Shown here piece by piece: positions 50,808 to 61,904 of a stretch of DNA of 64,000 bases. A program made the translations under genes and the position numbers. Under the pieces are notes generated by a model that worked only from the letters and a program-made list of their open reading frames with translations, searched no databases and had not been told where the DNA came from. The DNA is from Chloroflexota bacterium (GTDB lineage: Bacteria; Chloroflexota; UBA11872; VXOZ01), in NCBI GenBank assembly GCA_963662335.2, contig CAXXVD010000002.1, positions 352,001 to 416,000 on the forward strand, given 5' to 3'. Position 1 is the stretch's first letter. Each line of letters begins with the position of its first letter.

Positions 50808-52808
50808 ATGACCGCAAGCATCGGAACAGCACTCCTCTTCATCGCGTTTCTGGCGGCGCTCTACGGCGCCGTCGCGTCGGTGCTGGGCGCGCGGCTGCGA
50901 GTGCCGGAACTGGTCGTCAGCGCGCGCAACGCCGTGATCGGCGTGGCCGCGTTGGTCTCCCTGGCCGCGCTGGCGCTCATCTACGCCTTCGTGACCCATG
51001 ACTTCAGCCTGAAGTACGTGGTCGCCCAGTCCACCCGCTCGCAGCCGTGGCCCTACCTCTTCAGCGGCTTCTACGGCGGCCAGGCCGGCTCGCTGCTCTA
51101 CTGGTCGCTCACGCTGGCGCTGCTCGCGGCGGTGGCCGTGTTGATTCACTTTCGCGCCGACCGGCGGCTCATTCCCTACGTCATCGCCACGCTCATGGCC
51201 GTCGAGGCGTTCATCCTGGCGGTGCTCAATTTCATCTCGTCGCCGTTCGAGACCATTTCGCCGGTACCGCCCGACGGCCGCGGCCTCAACCCGCTGCTGC
51301 AAGACCCGGGCATGTTGGTGCATCCGCCCATGCTGCTGGCCGGGTACGTGAGCGTTTCCATTCCTTTCGCTTTCGCGATCGCCGCCTTGGTCACGGGACA
51401 GGTGGACAGCCGCTGGCTGCGGGCCACCCGGCATTGGGCGCTGCTCTCCTGGCTCTTCCTCTCGCTGGGCAACCTGCTCGGCGCGTGGTGGGCGTACCAC
51501 GTGCTCGGCTGGGGCGGCTACTGGGGCTGGGACCCGGTGGAAAACGTGGCGATTCTGCCCTGGTTCGCCATGAGCGCCTACGTGCACTCGGTCCTGGTGC
51601 AGGAACGGCGGGGGATGCTGAAAGTCTGGAACATGGCGCTCATCATCGTGGCGTTTAACCTGGCCGTATTCGGCACGTTCGTGGTGCGCAGCGGCATCCT
51701 GGCCTCGGTGCACTCGTTCGCCGTATCCGAAATCGGGCCGTATTTCTTCGGCTTCCTGGCGGCGAGTCTTATCATCTCCCTGACGCTGCTGGTGCTGCGG
51801 CTGCCGCAACTGCGCGACGAGCACGACTTCGACTCCCTGCTCTCCCGCGAGGCCGCGTTTCTCTTCAACAACCTCCTCCTGGTCGCCGTCATCGTCGTCA
51901 CCTTCCTCGGCGTTATTTTTCCCTTGCTCTCGGAGGCGCTGCAAGGGCAACGCATCAATGTCGGCGCGCCGTTCTACCAGCAGGTGAACGGGCCGTTGCT
52001 GCTGGCGGTGGTGGCGCTCATGGGCCTGGGTATGTTGGTGCCCTGGCGGCGCGGCGCGGCGCGGGCGCTGCTGCGGGGATTGCGCAGTACGTTGGCGATT
52101 ACGGCGCTCTTCACGGTGGCCGCCATTGCGCTCGGCGCGCGCTCGCCGTGGACGATACTGAGCATTGCGGCCTGCGCCTTCGCGTTTGTCGTGGCGCTGC
52201 GGGAGTTTCACCGCACGGCCCTGGCGTTAATGCGCGCCCGGCAGACCGGGTATCCCGCCGCGTTGTTGGGGGTCTTTCGCTACAATCGCCGCCGCTACGG
52301 CGGCTACCTGGTGCACGTGGGCGTGGCGCTCATAGGTCTGGCGATTATTGGCTCCTCCTTCTTCCAGACCGAGCGTTCGGTAAGCCTCCGCCCCGGCCAG
52401 AGCGTGCAGGTGGGACAGTACACGGTGGCCTACCAGGGGCTCACCACGGTGAACGAGCCGGGCAAGCGGCGCACCATCGCCGCCATGCTGGTGCGCCACG
52501 GCGCCCGGTCGTTCCAGGTCGCGCCGCAGAAGGTCACGTTCGAGAATTGGGAAGAGCAGCCGGTGAGCGAGGTGGTGATCAAGACGGTCTACCCGCAATT
52601 GGACGACGTGTACGTGGTAATGGCGGCCTCCGGCGCGGACGGCGCGGCGAGTTTCCACGTCTTCGTAAATCCGCTGGTGGCGTTCCTCTGGCTCGGCGGC
52701 GCTTTGCTGGTGGTTGGCGGGCTTATATCATGGTGGCCTGAGGCCGCGCCCGTGGTCGCTGACGCGCGCGCCGGCCGCACGGCGCCGGCAGCGGCGGCTT
52801 CTTCATGA
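50808..52808 (+). CDS. ccmF: Heme lyase CcmF
   Basis: GLNPLLQ, HPP, WAY..LGWGGYWGWDPVEN and SVHSFA. Confidence 0.97.
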   Translation: MTASIGTALLFIAFLAALYGAVASVLGARLRVPELVVSARNAVIGVAALVSLAALALIYAFVTHDFSLKYVVAQSTRSQPWPYLFSGFYGGQAGSLLYWSLTLALLAAVAVLIHFRADRRLIPYVIATLMAVEAFILAVLNFISSPFETISPVPPDGRGLNPLLQDPGMLVHPPMLLAGYVSVSIPFAFAIAALVTGQVDSRWLRATRHWALLSWLFLSLGNLLGAWWAYHVLGWGGYWGWDPVENVAILPWFAMSAYVHSVLVQERRGMLKVWNMALIIVAFNLAVFGTFVVRSGILASVHSFAVSEIGPYFFGFLAASLIISLTLLVLRLPQLRDEHDFDSLLSREAAFLFNNLLLVAVIVVTFLGVIFPLLSEALQGQRINVGAPFYQQVNGPLLLAVVALMGLGMLVPWRRGAARALLRGLRSTLAITALFTVAAIALGARSPWTILSIAACAFAFVVALREFHRTALALMRARQTGYPAALLGVFRYNRRRYGGYLVHVGVALIGLAIIGSSFFQTERSVSLRPGQSVQVGQYTVAYQGLTTVNEPGKRRTIAAMLVRHGARSFQVAPQKVTFENWEEQPVSEVVIKTVYPQLDDVYVVMAASGADGAASFHVFVNPLVAFLWLGGALLVVGGLISWWPEAAPVVADARAGRTAPAAAASS

Positions 52809-53413
52809 GGAGAGCGTGGGGAAGCGCGGCGATGCGAAGGGGATTGGGATTGGAGACACATCACTTCCACCCTAGTTCTCTCCCTCGAGGGAGTGGGGGC
52901 TACGCGCTTCCGACCGTGGTCGTGACGGTCGCCCTAGCGGTGTTGCTTGCGGCGGTAACGCTGCAAATAGGTTGGGACGCGGCAAGAGCGGACGCCATCG
53001 ACGAGCGGACCGTGACGATTGCCAAGCAACTCAAGTGTCCGGTCTGCCAGAACGTGCCGGTGGCCTACTCCCAGTCGCAGTTGGCGGACGAGATGCGCCA
53101 GGTGATTCGCGACAAGCTGACGCAGGGCGAGAGCGAGGAGGCGATCATCCAGTATTTCGTCGACCGCTACGGCGAGGACGTGCTGCTGGAACCGCGCCGG
53201 GCGGGATTTAGCCTGCTGTTGTGGCTTGCGGCAATTGGCGTGGTGGCGTTTGGCGGGGCTGTGGTTGGCATCGTGCTGTGGAACTGGAGCCGCGCCCGGC
53301 CGGCCGCTGTAGCCACCGCAGCGCCGGCGGATTCCCCGCAGTCGCCCGCCGGCGCGCTGGAAGAGCTTTTCGAGGAAGAATTCGCGCGCTATAAGCGAGA
53401 CAAGCGCTCATGA
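52805..53413 (+). CDS. ccmH: Cytochrome c biogenesis protein CcmH
   Basis: LKCPVCQN, LADEMR and YFVDRYGE.VLLEP. ATGA overlap with ccmF. Confidence 0.92.
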   Translation: MRRAWGSAAMRRGLGLETHHFHPSSLPRGSGGYALPTVVVTVALAVLLAAVTLQIGWDAARADAIDERTVTIAKQLKCPVCQNVPVAYSQSQLADEMRQVIRDKLTQGESEEAIIQYFVDRYGEDVLLEPRRAGFSLLLWLAAIGVVAFGGAVVGIVLWNWSRARPAAVATAAPADSPQSPAGALEELFEEEFARYKRDKRS

Positions 53414-54684
53414 CCGTCATCGCGTTGGGAAGCGTATTCGGCGTCGGCGCGCTGCTGTGGATTCTCTGGCCGCTGGTGCGGCGCGGCGGCGCGGCGGCGT
53501 TGGGAACGGACGACACGGGCGACGATCTTGCCGAGCGTACGCTGCTGCTCTACCAAGAACTGGAAGAGATCGACCTGGAGCGCGAACAGGGCGACCTTAC
53601 CGCAGACGAATACGCCGCCTTGCGCGAGGCGCAGAAGCGGCGCGTGCTCACGCTCCTCGAGCAGCGGCAGCGTGAAGCGGTCGCGCTGGGAGACGCGGCA
53701 GCAAGCGAAAACGCCGATGCCCTCAGTGACGCCATCGAGCAGGAAGTCCTGCGCATTCGCGCCCGGCGGCGGGGCGAGCGCGCTTCCCCGGCCGGCCAGG
53801 ACGCCCCGGCGCGCGGGCTGCATTGGCTGTGGCTCGGCGTGCCGGCGCTGCTCGTGCTGGTTGCCTTTGGCGTCATCTTCCAACTCTATCGTTCCTCCGC
53901 TCGCACGCTGACCGAACAGACGCCAATTGCGCAGGTGGACGCGGCATCCCTGGTAGGGTTTGCATCCGTAGCGCCTGGCCGCGTCCTGTTGGCTACGACC
54001 GGCGGGATAGAGGAGAGCCGCGACGGGGGGCGGACGTGGACGGCGCACGCGCTGGGCGCCGCGCCGCGCGCGCTGGCGGTATCGCCGGCCGGCAGCAACG
54101 CCTACGTCGTTACGGCGGCGGGCGCGCACGCGAGCGCCGACGCCGGGCGCACCTGGCAAGCCATTCCCGCTGCGCTGCCGGGCGCGGAAGTCCTGGCGGC
54201 GGCGGTAAATCCCTACGCGCCAACGGAGGTCTACGCCAGTTTCGCCGATGCCGGCCTTCACCGCTCGCGCGACGGCGGCGCATCATGGGAGCCGGTTTCG
54301 ACGCCGGACAACGAACGGATTGTGGCGATCTTCGTGGGCGGCGTGCCGCCGTTGCTCTTCATTGCCGGAGAATCCGGGAACGTGCGGGTGAGCAGCGACG
54401 AGGGCGCGACCTGGCGGGCGGCCAGCGGCGCGGTCACCATGGCCCTGCGCGGCCCGGTGCGCGCGCTGGTCGGCGCGCCGGACGCCAGCGTGCTTTACGC
54501 GGCCTCCCACACCGGGCTCTACATGAGCACGTCGGCCGGGCAGACGTGGGTGGACTTGCCGCTGCGCAAACCGCTGGCGGCGGTGGCCGTGGATCCGGCG
54601 GACGCCCGCACCGTGCTGGCCGTAACGGAATCCGGCGCGGTCTACCGCAGCGCCGACGGCGGCATCGCGTGGAGAGACGAGTGA
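53410..54684 (+). CDS. CcmI-like N-terminal membrane/helical domain fused to a BNR/Asp-box beta-propeller
   Basis: ELEEIDLEREQGDLTADEYAALRE motif and repeated S.DGG.TW Asp boxes. Confidence 0.8.
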   Translation: MTVIALGSVFGVGALLWILWPLVRRGGAAALGTDDTGDDLAERTLLLYQELEEIDLEREQGDLTADEYAALREAQKRRVLTLLEQRQREAVALGDAAASENADALSDAIEQEVLRIRARRRGERASPAGQDAPARGLHWLWLGVPALLVLVAFGVIFQLYRSSARTLTEQTPIAQVDAASLVGFASVAPGRVLLATTGGIEESRDGGRTWTAHALGAAPRALAVSPAGSNAYVVTAAGAHASADAGRTWQAIPAALPGAEVLAAAVNPYAPTEVYASFADAGLHRSRDGGASWEPVSTPDNERIVAIFVGGVPPLLFIAGESGNVRVSSDEGATWRAASGAVTMALRGPVRALVGAPDASVLYAASHTGLYMSTSAGQTWVDLPLRKPLAAVAVDPADARTVLAVTESGAVYRSADGGIAWRDE

Positions 54685-56153
54685 CGAATCGCGCCGGTTA
54701 CAAGCGGCTTCGTCAACGCGCGGAATGTCCGTCATTCCCGCGCAAGCGGGAATCCATCCTCGCGGACGTTGGCAAGCCCCCGCCGGAGGGAGAACCAACG
54801 CGCATCGCCCAAGAACGTGCCTCCTCTTTGCCTGAAGAAGCGGGGGACAAGCCCCCGCGCTACGGTTTGGCGTCGGGGTTCGCGCCCGCCGCCTCCGTCC
54901 CGCGTCTTCCCGCGTGGCTTCACCGCGCGGCGGCCCTCTGCCTCGGCCTTCTCCTATTCGCACTCTTGCCTGCAACCGTAGCGGCGGAGGGCGTCGTAAC
55001 GGGCACCGTCGTCAACGGCACTGCGGGCGGCGGCGTGCCGGCGGACGTGGCGGTGACGCTCTACTTCCTGCGCGATGGCGACATCGTCGAACAGCGCACG
55101 GCGGTTACCGACGCGGCCGGCGCGTATCGTTTCGCCGACGTGCCATTGGATGCCGGACTGCGCTTCGTGGTGGTCGCCGCCTACGTGCGCGTGCCGTACA
55201 ACACGCCGGAGTTGCAGTTCGGGGAGAGCGCTGAAGTCCAAGCGCCGCCGCTTACGGTGTATGAAGCCGGCCAGGACCCAAGCGTCGTGCGGGTCGTCAC
55301 CGACGTGCTCATCATCGCGCCGGGCGAAGAGCGCAGCGGCATGTTGTCCGTCCTGGAGATAGTGCGGCTGGCGAACGACAGCGACCGCACTTATCTTGCC
55401 ACCGGCGTCGCGGGCGGCGGCGCGGCCATGGACCGGGTGCTGCGCTTCGCGCTACCGGCCGGCGCGCAGGACCTTACGATGATCAGCGGTCTCAGTGACC
55501 AGAGCGTGGTGCAGATCGATAGCGCACGCGACAATCTGCGGGGCTTTGGCGCCTTCATGCCGCTGCTGCCGGGCGAACGGGAAGTGGCGTTCGGCTACCA
55601 GGTGCCGTATGCCGGCAGCACGCTGGACTTGCGCAAGCGCACGGTCTACCCGACCGACCATTTCGCCGTCATCGCCCTGGAAGAACACGGGCTGGACTTC
55701 GCGTCGGCGCAACTCGAAGTGCAGGCCACGCCGATTGGCGAGCGCCGCTACCTGGTCGGCAGCGCGAGCGATTTGGCGGCGCGGGCGGAGGTGACGGTGC
55801 GGGTCAGCGGCTTGCCCGCGCCTTCCATACGGGTGCGGTTCGAGCGCCTCCTCGAGCGTGCGCGCGGCGCTCAGTCGATTCTCTTCGTCATCCTCGGCCT
55901 AGCGTTGGCCCTGCCCCTCATCTACGCGGTCTATCGCCGGCGCGGCGGGCTGCGGCGGACGCCCGCGCCCAAGCCCCTGGACGCCGCCGCGCCGGACGAC
56001 AGGGAGTCGTTGTTGCTCGACATCGCTCAACTCGACGATGACTTTGCGGCCGGCGGCGTGGGCGAGGCAGAGTACGAGCGGCTGCGCGCTGAGAAGAAGC
56101 AACGCCTGCTGGAACTCTATGAAAAAATCGACAATGAGGCCGGCGATGGCTGA
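54681..56153 (+). CDS. Membrane protein with a carboxypeptidase-regulatory-like domain and C-terminal CcmI-like helical motif
   Basis: GTVVNGT, TDAAGAYRF, TM and LLDIAQLDDDFAAG.V.EAEYERLR. GTG overlaps the upstream stop (GTGA); alternative TTG at 54867. Confidence 0.75.
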   Translation: MTNRAGYKRLRQRAECPSFPRKRESILADVGKPPPEGEPTRIAQERASSLPEEAGDKPPRYGLASGFAPAASVPRLPAWLHRAAALCLGLLLFALLPATVAAEGVVTGTVVNGTAGGGVPADVAVTLYFLRDGDIVEQRTAVTDAAGAYRFADVPLDAGLRFVVVAAYVRVPYNTPELQFGESAEVQAPPLTVYEAGQDPSVVRVVTDVLIIAPGEERSGMLSVLEIVRLANDSDRTYLATGVAGGGAAMDRVLRFALPAGAQDLTMISGLSDQSVVQIDSARDNLRGFGAFMPLLPGEREVAFGYQVPYAGSTLDLRKRTVYPTDHFAVIALEEHGLDFASAQLEVQATPIGERRYLVGSASDLAARAEVTVRVSGLPAPSIRVRFERLLERARGAQSILFVILGLALALPLIYAVYRRRGGLRRTPAPKPLDAAAPDDRESLLLDIAQLDDDFAAGGVGEAEYERLRAEKKQRLLELYEKIDNEAGDG

Positions 56154-56883
56154 GCCGCAACACGCCGCCGCGGATCTCGCCGTGGAAACCAGCGGGGTAT
56201 GTAAGCAATTCGGCCCTCACACGGCATTGGAGCAGGTCAACCTCGCGCTGGCGAGAGAGGAACGCCTGGCGATACTCGGACCCAACGGCGCCGGCAAGAC
56301 CACGCTCATCGCGGTGCTGGCTACCCTTTTGCGTCCGTCCGCGGGCGCGCTGCGGGTCATGGGCTACGACAGCGCCGACGCGCCGGCCGAAGTGCGCCGC
56401 CGCATCGGCCTGGCGGCCCACCAGACCTACCTGTACCCGGAGCTTTCGGCGCGGGAAAACCTGCTCTTCTACGGGCGCTTGTATGGTGTGGCGGGTTTGG
56501 AAGGGCGCGTGGACGAACTGCTGCATCTCGTGGACATCTACCCGCGCCGCCACGAGCAAAGCGGGCGCCTATCGCGCGGTATGCAGCAGCGCGTAGCCTT
56601 GGCGCGCGCCCTGGTCCACGATCCCGACGTGCTGCTGCTGGACGAACCGGACACCGGCCTCGACCAGGAGCATCTGGAACTGTTGGCGTCGCTCGTGCAG
56701 GGCCGCGCTATCCCGCCCCGCAGCGTGATTCTCACCACCCACAACCTCGAGCGCGCTCTGTCACTGTGCGAGCGCGTGGCGGTGCTGGCGCGGGGGCGGC
56801 TGGTCTACCAGGCCGCAAGCGCGGCGCTCGACCACGCGGTGTTGCGGGACGCCTACCGCCGTCTTGCGGGAGCGGCGCCATGA
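56146..56883 (+). CDS. ccmA: Heme ABC exporter ATP-binding protein CcmA
   Basis: GPNGAGKTT, LSRGMQQR and LLDEP, in ccm context. Confidence 0.9.
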   Translation: MAEPQHAAADLAVETSGVCKQFGPHTALEQVNLALAREERLAILGPNGAGKTTLIAVLATLLRPSAGALRVMGYDSADAPAEVRRRIGLAAHQTYLYPELSARENLLFYGRLYGVAGLEGRVDELLHLVDIYPRRHEQSGRLSRGMQQRVALARALVHDPDVLLLDEPDTGLDQEHLELLASLVQGRAIPPRSVILTTHNLERALSLCERVAVLARGRLVYQAASAALDHAVLRDAYRRLAGAAP

Positions 56884-57548
56884 GCCTCGCCCTGCGCCAA
56901 GTCCTCGCGGTTGTCCGCAAAGACCTCCTGGTCGAGTCGCGGGCGCGCGACCTCTTGCTCTCGATGCTGATCTTTGCCGCGCTCTCGCTCATCATCTTCA
57001 ACCTGGCGCTGGACCTGCGGGGCGCGGTGGTGCGGGAGGTGGGGCCGGGGCTGCTCTGGCTCACGATCGCCTTTGCCGCCATGCTGGGCATGGGCCGCGC
57101 GTTCGTGCGCGAACACGAGCGGGGCACGCTCGGCGGACTGCTGCTCGCGCCCATAGACAGGGGCACGCTCTTCATCGGCAAGCTGCTGGCAAACCTCCTC
57201 TTCCTCTTCGTCATGGAGGCGGTCGCGCTGCCCCTGTTCGCCATGCTTTTCAACCTGCCGGTGCTCACCCCGTTGGTGCTGCTCATCACGGCGCTCGGCA
57301 CGCTCGGCTTCGCCACGCTCGGCACGCTCTTCTCCGCCATGGCGGCGCACAGCCGGGCGCGAGAGGCGCTGCTGCCGCTGCTGCTCTTGCCCACCACCGT
57401 GCCGGTGCTGATTGGAGCGGTGAAAGCGACGAGCAACGCCATTGCCGGCATCGGCGGCGGCCCGCCGTGGCTCGGCCTGCTGCTCGCCTTCGACGTAATT
57501 TTCCTTACCCTCTCGTATCTATTGTTTGCCCACGCGATTGAAGAGTGA
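56880..57548 (+). CDS. ccmB: Heme exporter protein CcmB
   Basis: KDLLVE.R, E.E.GTL.GL, LLPLLLLP..VPVLI. Confidence 0.93.
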   Translation: MSLALRQVLAVVRKDLLVESRARDLLLSMLIFAALSLIIFNLALDLRGAVVREVGPGLLWLTIAFAAMLGMGRAFVREHERGTLGGLLLAPIDRGTLFIGKLLANLLFLFVMEAVALPLFAMLFNLPVLTPLVLLITALGTLGFATLGTLFSAMAAHSRAREALLPLLLLPTTVPVLIGAVKATSNAIAGIGGGPPWLGLLLAFDVIFLTLSYLLFAHAIEE

Positions 57549-57697
57549 ACGACGGCCTATGGTTGTGAGAGGAATCGAGAGAAAACGGGTATACTGAGTG
57601 CGGGCGTATTGTTAAGTAAACTTCATAAACATTAGCTCCCATTAATGGGGAGATGCAGTAGGAACACAATGCGGCGCAACGCCGCCGCAGAGAGAGG

Positions 57698-58408
57698 ATG
57701 CCCATGTTGCGAAGCGGAAATGCGGAAGGCGGGCGCGGTTGGCTGGACGACGCGCTGGGCGTGGCCGCGTTGATTGGCATGGTGGTGGCGCTCTGGCTCA
57801 TCTTCATCTACACGCCGGTCGAACTTGTGCAGGGCGCGGTGCAGAAGGTCTTCTATATCCACCTGGCGTCGATTTGGAACGCCTACCTGGGCTTCTTCAT
57901 CGTCTTCGTGGCGAGCATTCTCTATCTCCGGCGCGCAAGCGCGCGCACAGACCGCATCGCCCGCGCCTGGGCGGAAATTGGCGTGGTCTTTACCACCATC
58001 ACGCTCATCAGCGGCGCGATTTGGGCCAAGCCGATCTGGGGGACGTACTGGACGTGGGACCCGCGCCTGACCAGCACCCTCGTGCTTTGGCTCATCTACG
58101 TGGTCTATCTCATGCTGCCCGGCCTCATTGGCGACCCGGAGCGCGGGCGGCGCTACGCCGCGATCGTCGGCATCATCGGCTTCATCGACGTGCCGATCGT
58201 GCACATGTCGGTGCGCTGGTGGCGCACGCTGCACCCGGACCCCATCGTCGCCACGGTGGAAGGGCCGGCGCTGCCCATGAGCATGTGGTACACCGTGCTC
58301 TTCTGCATCGCGGTCTTTACCGTGTTGGCGGTCTTCCTGGTGCGGCAGCGGCTGCAAATCGACGAAATGCGAGAAACGCTCAACGCCCTGCGCTCGCCTG
58401 CGCGCTGA
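57698..58408 (+). CDS. ccmC: Heme exporter / CcmE-loading protein CcmC
   Basis: FYIH, WAKPIWGTYWTWDPRLT (WWD domain) and WWRTLHP. Confidence 0.95.
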   Translation: MPMLRSGNAEGGRGWLDDALGVAALIGMVVALWLIFIYTPVELVQGAVQKVFYIHLASIWNAYLGFFIVFVASILYLRRASARTDRIARAWAEIGVVFTTITLISGAIWAKPIWGTYWTWDPRLTSTLVLWLIYVVYLMLPGLIGDPERGRRYAAIVGIIGFIDVPIVHMSVRWWRTLHPDPIVATVEGPALPMSMWYTVLFCIAVFTVLAVFLVRQRLQIDEMRETLNALRSPAR

Positions 58409-58428
58409 CACTGAAAAGGAGCATGTGA

Positions 58429-58608
58429 ATGGACGCGATTCAGAACTTCGACTACCTCTTCGCCGCGTACGCCATCCTCTGGGTGGTGGTATTCGGCTAC
58501 TTCTTCTTCCTCACCCGGCAGCTTGGCGACCTGCGGCGCGAGGTGAACGCGCTGCGCGAGGAGCGTGAGGGTCGCGGAAGCGATGAGGAAGAAGAGGCCG
58601 GCGCGTAG
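58429..58608 (+). CDS. ccmD: CcmD (59 aa, not in ORF track)
   Basis: MDAIQNFDYLFAAYAILWVVVFGYFFFLTRQLGDLRREVNALRE..., AAGGAG RBS, directly after ccmC. Confidence 0.88.
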   Translation: MDAIQNFDYLFAAYAILWVVVFGYFFFLTRQLGDLRREVNALREEREGRGSDEEEEAGA

Positions 58609-58618
58609 GTTGCGTGCG

Positions 58619-58710
58619 CCGGGTAGCCGTTCATCCTTCGACAGGCTCAGGACGAACGGCTACCCGGCTTAGCGAAGGGATTCCGGCTCAGGACGAACGG
58701 ATACCGGCTT
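58619..58710. repeat. CCGTTC..CTTCGACAGGCTCAGGACGAACGG palindromic element and a partial second copy
   Basis: CCGGGTAGCCGTTC...GAACGGCTACCCGG hairpin. Confidence 0.8.
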
Positions 58711-58812
58711 CTCCCAAGGGAGACGAACGCGCTCTGTTGGCACTCGCACAGGCGCGTGGTATGCTATAAATACTGAAGTAATGGAGCCAACCAGGAATTC
58801 GAGCGAGTTGAA

Positions 58813-60324
58813 ATGGCGGAAAACGGGCCGTGTACCACGGCGCAGATGGAACGCCAAGCGGATGACGCCGCACCTAGCGAAGACGCCGCTCCAAACGCGG
58901 TTGCGGCAACCGACGCCCGCGCCCGCAGCCTGGCCCTTAACGAGCGCGTGCCGTCCAGCGGCTTGTTCGGCGAGGCCGACCGTCCCCTGGTAGAGGGGTC
59001 CCGCGCTTCCTGGCGCATCGCGCCGGAGCCGTTCCTCATCACGCCCGCTAGTTACGAGAACCTGTGCCAACTGGGCGAGCGGCTGCTGGCGTTCTACGGC
59101 GCCGCGAACCGGCTCTACAAGCGCAGCGTGCGCGGCACCATTCCCGCCTTCTTCCACGAATACCTTGACCTGGGCAAGAGCGAGACCGTTATCGACTACG
59201 GCCGCATGAACCGCTTCCGGCGCGACCTGCCGGGCGTAATCCGGCCCGACCTCTTGCTCACCACCGATGGCGTGAAGGCCGCCGAACTCGATTCCGTGCC
59301 CGGCGGCATCGGCCTCACCGGCAGTATGCAGCAGCACTACGCCAGCCTGGGATTCAACATGGCCGGCGGCGCGAACGGTATGGTGGAAGGCTTTGGCGCG
59401 ATGATTCGCGGCCGCGCGGCCACGGACGACCCAAAGCTGGCGATTGCGGTATCCGATGAGTCCAACGACTACCGTCCCGAGATGCAGTGGGTTGCCGAGC
59501 AATTGCGGGCCTTGGGCATGGAGAGCGCGTGCGCCAGGCCGGAAGAGATCGAGTTGCACGGCGACGGCCTCACCCTTGGGGGCCGGCCGGTGGATACGCT
59601 CTACCGCTTCTTCGAACTCTTCGACCTGAAGAATATCCCGAACTACGACCTGCTCCTCTACGCCGTGCGCAAGCAACTGGTCGCCATGACGCCGCCGGTG
59701 AAGGCGTATCTGGAAGAAAAACTGCTCTTCGCGCTCTTCCACCATCCGGCGCTGGCCGAGCACTGGCGGCAGGAGATGGGCGCGAAGACCGTGGCCGCCT
59801 TGCGCGGCGTCATCCCGCAGACGTGGATCCTCGACCCGCGCGCCTTGCCGCCGCAGGCGGTGGTGCCGGGGCTGGAAATCGCCAAGCGGCCGGTGACGAA
59901 TTTCGACCAACTCAAGGGACTGAGCCAGGCGGAGCGGCGGTTGGTGATCAAGCCCTCAGGCTACTCCGCCACCGCCTGGGGCAGCCGGGGCGTGACCATC
60001 GGCCACGACCGGCCCGAAACGGAGTGGGACGCTGCCGTGCAGACCGCGCTCGCTGCGTTTGCGCAGACGCCCCACGTCTTGCAGAAGTTTCACCACGGCA
60101 AGCGCTACGCCACCCGCTACTATGACTTCGAGCGCGACACCGTGCGCCGCATGAACGGCCGCGTGCGCTTTAGTCCCTACTACTTCGTGGTGAATGACGA
60201 AACGCGCTTGGGCGGCGTGCTGGTGACAATCGTGCCGGCGGACAAGAAACTCATCCACGGCATGGTGGACGCGGTGATGGTACCCGCCGCCGTGAGCGAC
60301 GACGGGATAGAACTCGACCTATAG
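58813..60324 (+). CDS. ATP-grasp-like ligase (glutathionylspermidine-synthase / circularly permuted type), uncharacterised
   Basis: IRPDLLL...AELDSVPGG, YRFFELFD, EEK, VIKPSG...WGSRGV.IG, LQKF and RFSPYY. Confidence 0.7.
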   Translation: MAENGPCTTAQMERQADDAAPSEDAAPNAVAATDARARSLALNERVPSSGLFGEADRPLVEGSRASWRIAPEPFLITPASYENLCQLGERLLAFYGAANRLYKRSVRGTIPAFFHEYLDLGKSETVIDYGRMNRFRRDLPGVIRPDLLLTTDGVKAAELDSVPGGIGLTGSMQQHYASLGFNMAGGANGMVEGFGAMIRGRAATDDPKLAIAVSDESNDYRPEMQWVAEQLRALGMESACARPEEIELHGDGLTLGGRPVDTLYRFFELFDLKNIPNYDLLLYAVRKQLVAMTPPVKAYLEEKLLFALFHHPALAEHWRQEMGAKTVAALRGVIPQTWILDPRALPPQAVVPGLEIAKRPVTNFDQLKGLSQAERRLVIKPSGYSATAWGSRGVTIGHDRPETEWDAAVQTALAAFAQTPHVLQKFHHGKRYATRYYDFERDTVRRMNGRVRFSPYYFVVNDETRLGGVLVTIVPADKKLIHGMVDAVMVPAAVSDDGIELDL

Positions 60325-60381
60325 AGCGCCGGTTCGCTACCTGCGGGCACATCCGGTAGCGCAGGTTTGCTACCTGCGGGG
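60325..60381. repeat. Two degenerate GTAGCGCAGGTTTGC.ACCTGCG REP copies
   Basis: Match to the family at 18842, 39720 and 40889. Confidence 0.7.
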
Positions 60382-60404
60382 AACGCGGAGAACAAGGAGC
60401 CGCA

Positions 60405-61568
<1,164 letters not shown>

Positions 61569-61701
61569 GGCGGCGACCGCTGTGAGTTGGCGAGTGCGTG
61601 GCAGGCGGCAGCGCCGCCACTGCTGACTCTCCGTAACCCGCCATTGCGCCAGCAAGGCGAACGGCGCGTGAGGCGGTTCCCTGGCACCGTCAGTCCGACT
61701 C

Positions 61702-61855
61702 CTGTCATTCCGAACGGAGCGTAGCGGAGTGAGGAATCTAGGGCGTTCAAGGCTTTGCGGCCGGCTGGGGCATGGACTCTAGATTCCTCGCTGCGCTCGG
61801 AATGACAGCAGGCTGCGCCCGAAATGACAGCCGGCTGCGCTCGGAGTGACGGGCG
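61702..61855. repeat. TGTCATTCCG...GGAATCT/AGATTCC...GGAATGACA element with three degenerate right-arm copies
   Basis: Same family and same kind of right-arm reiteration as 21217-21510. Confidence 0.85.
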
Positions 61856-61904
61856 GCATGGCAACAGAGAGCCGCGCCCGTGTCCGTCGCAGCCGGTGTG
61901 AAGT

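Noticed and set aside
53823-54680. N-terminal extension of the 776-aa ORF
   Set aside because: Overlaps the propeller gene in another frame and is Arg-rich shadow sequence; the real start is at or after 54681.
57609-57629. TTGTTAAG-TAAA-CTTCATAA imperfect palindrome upstream of ccmC (Rex/FNR-like)
   Set aside because: The spacing does not fit the Rex or FNR consensus and the match is only 6/8; unsupported without comparative data.
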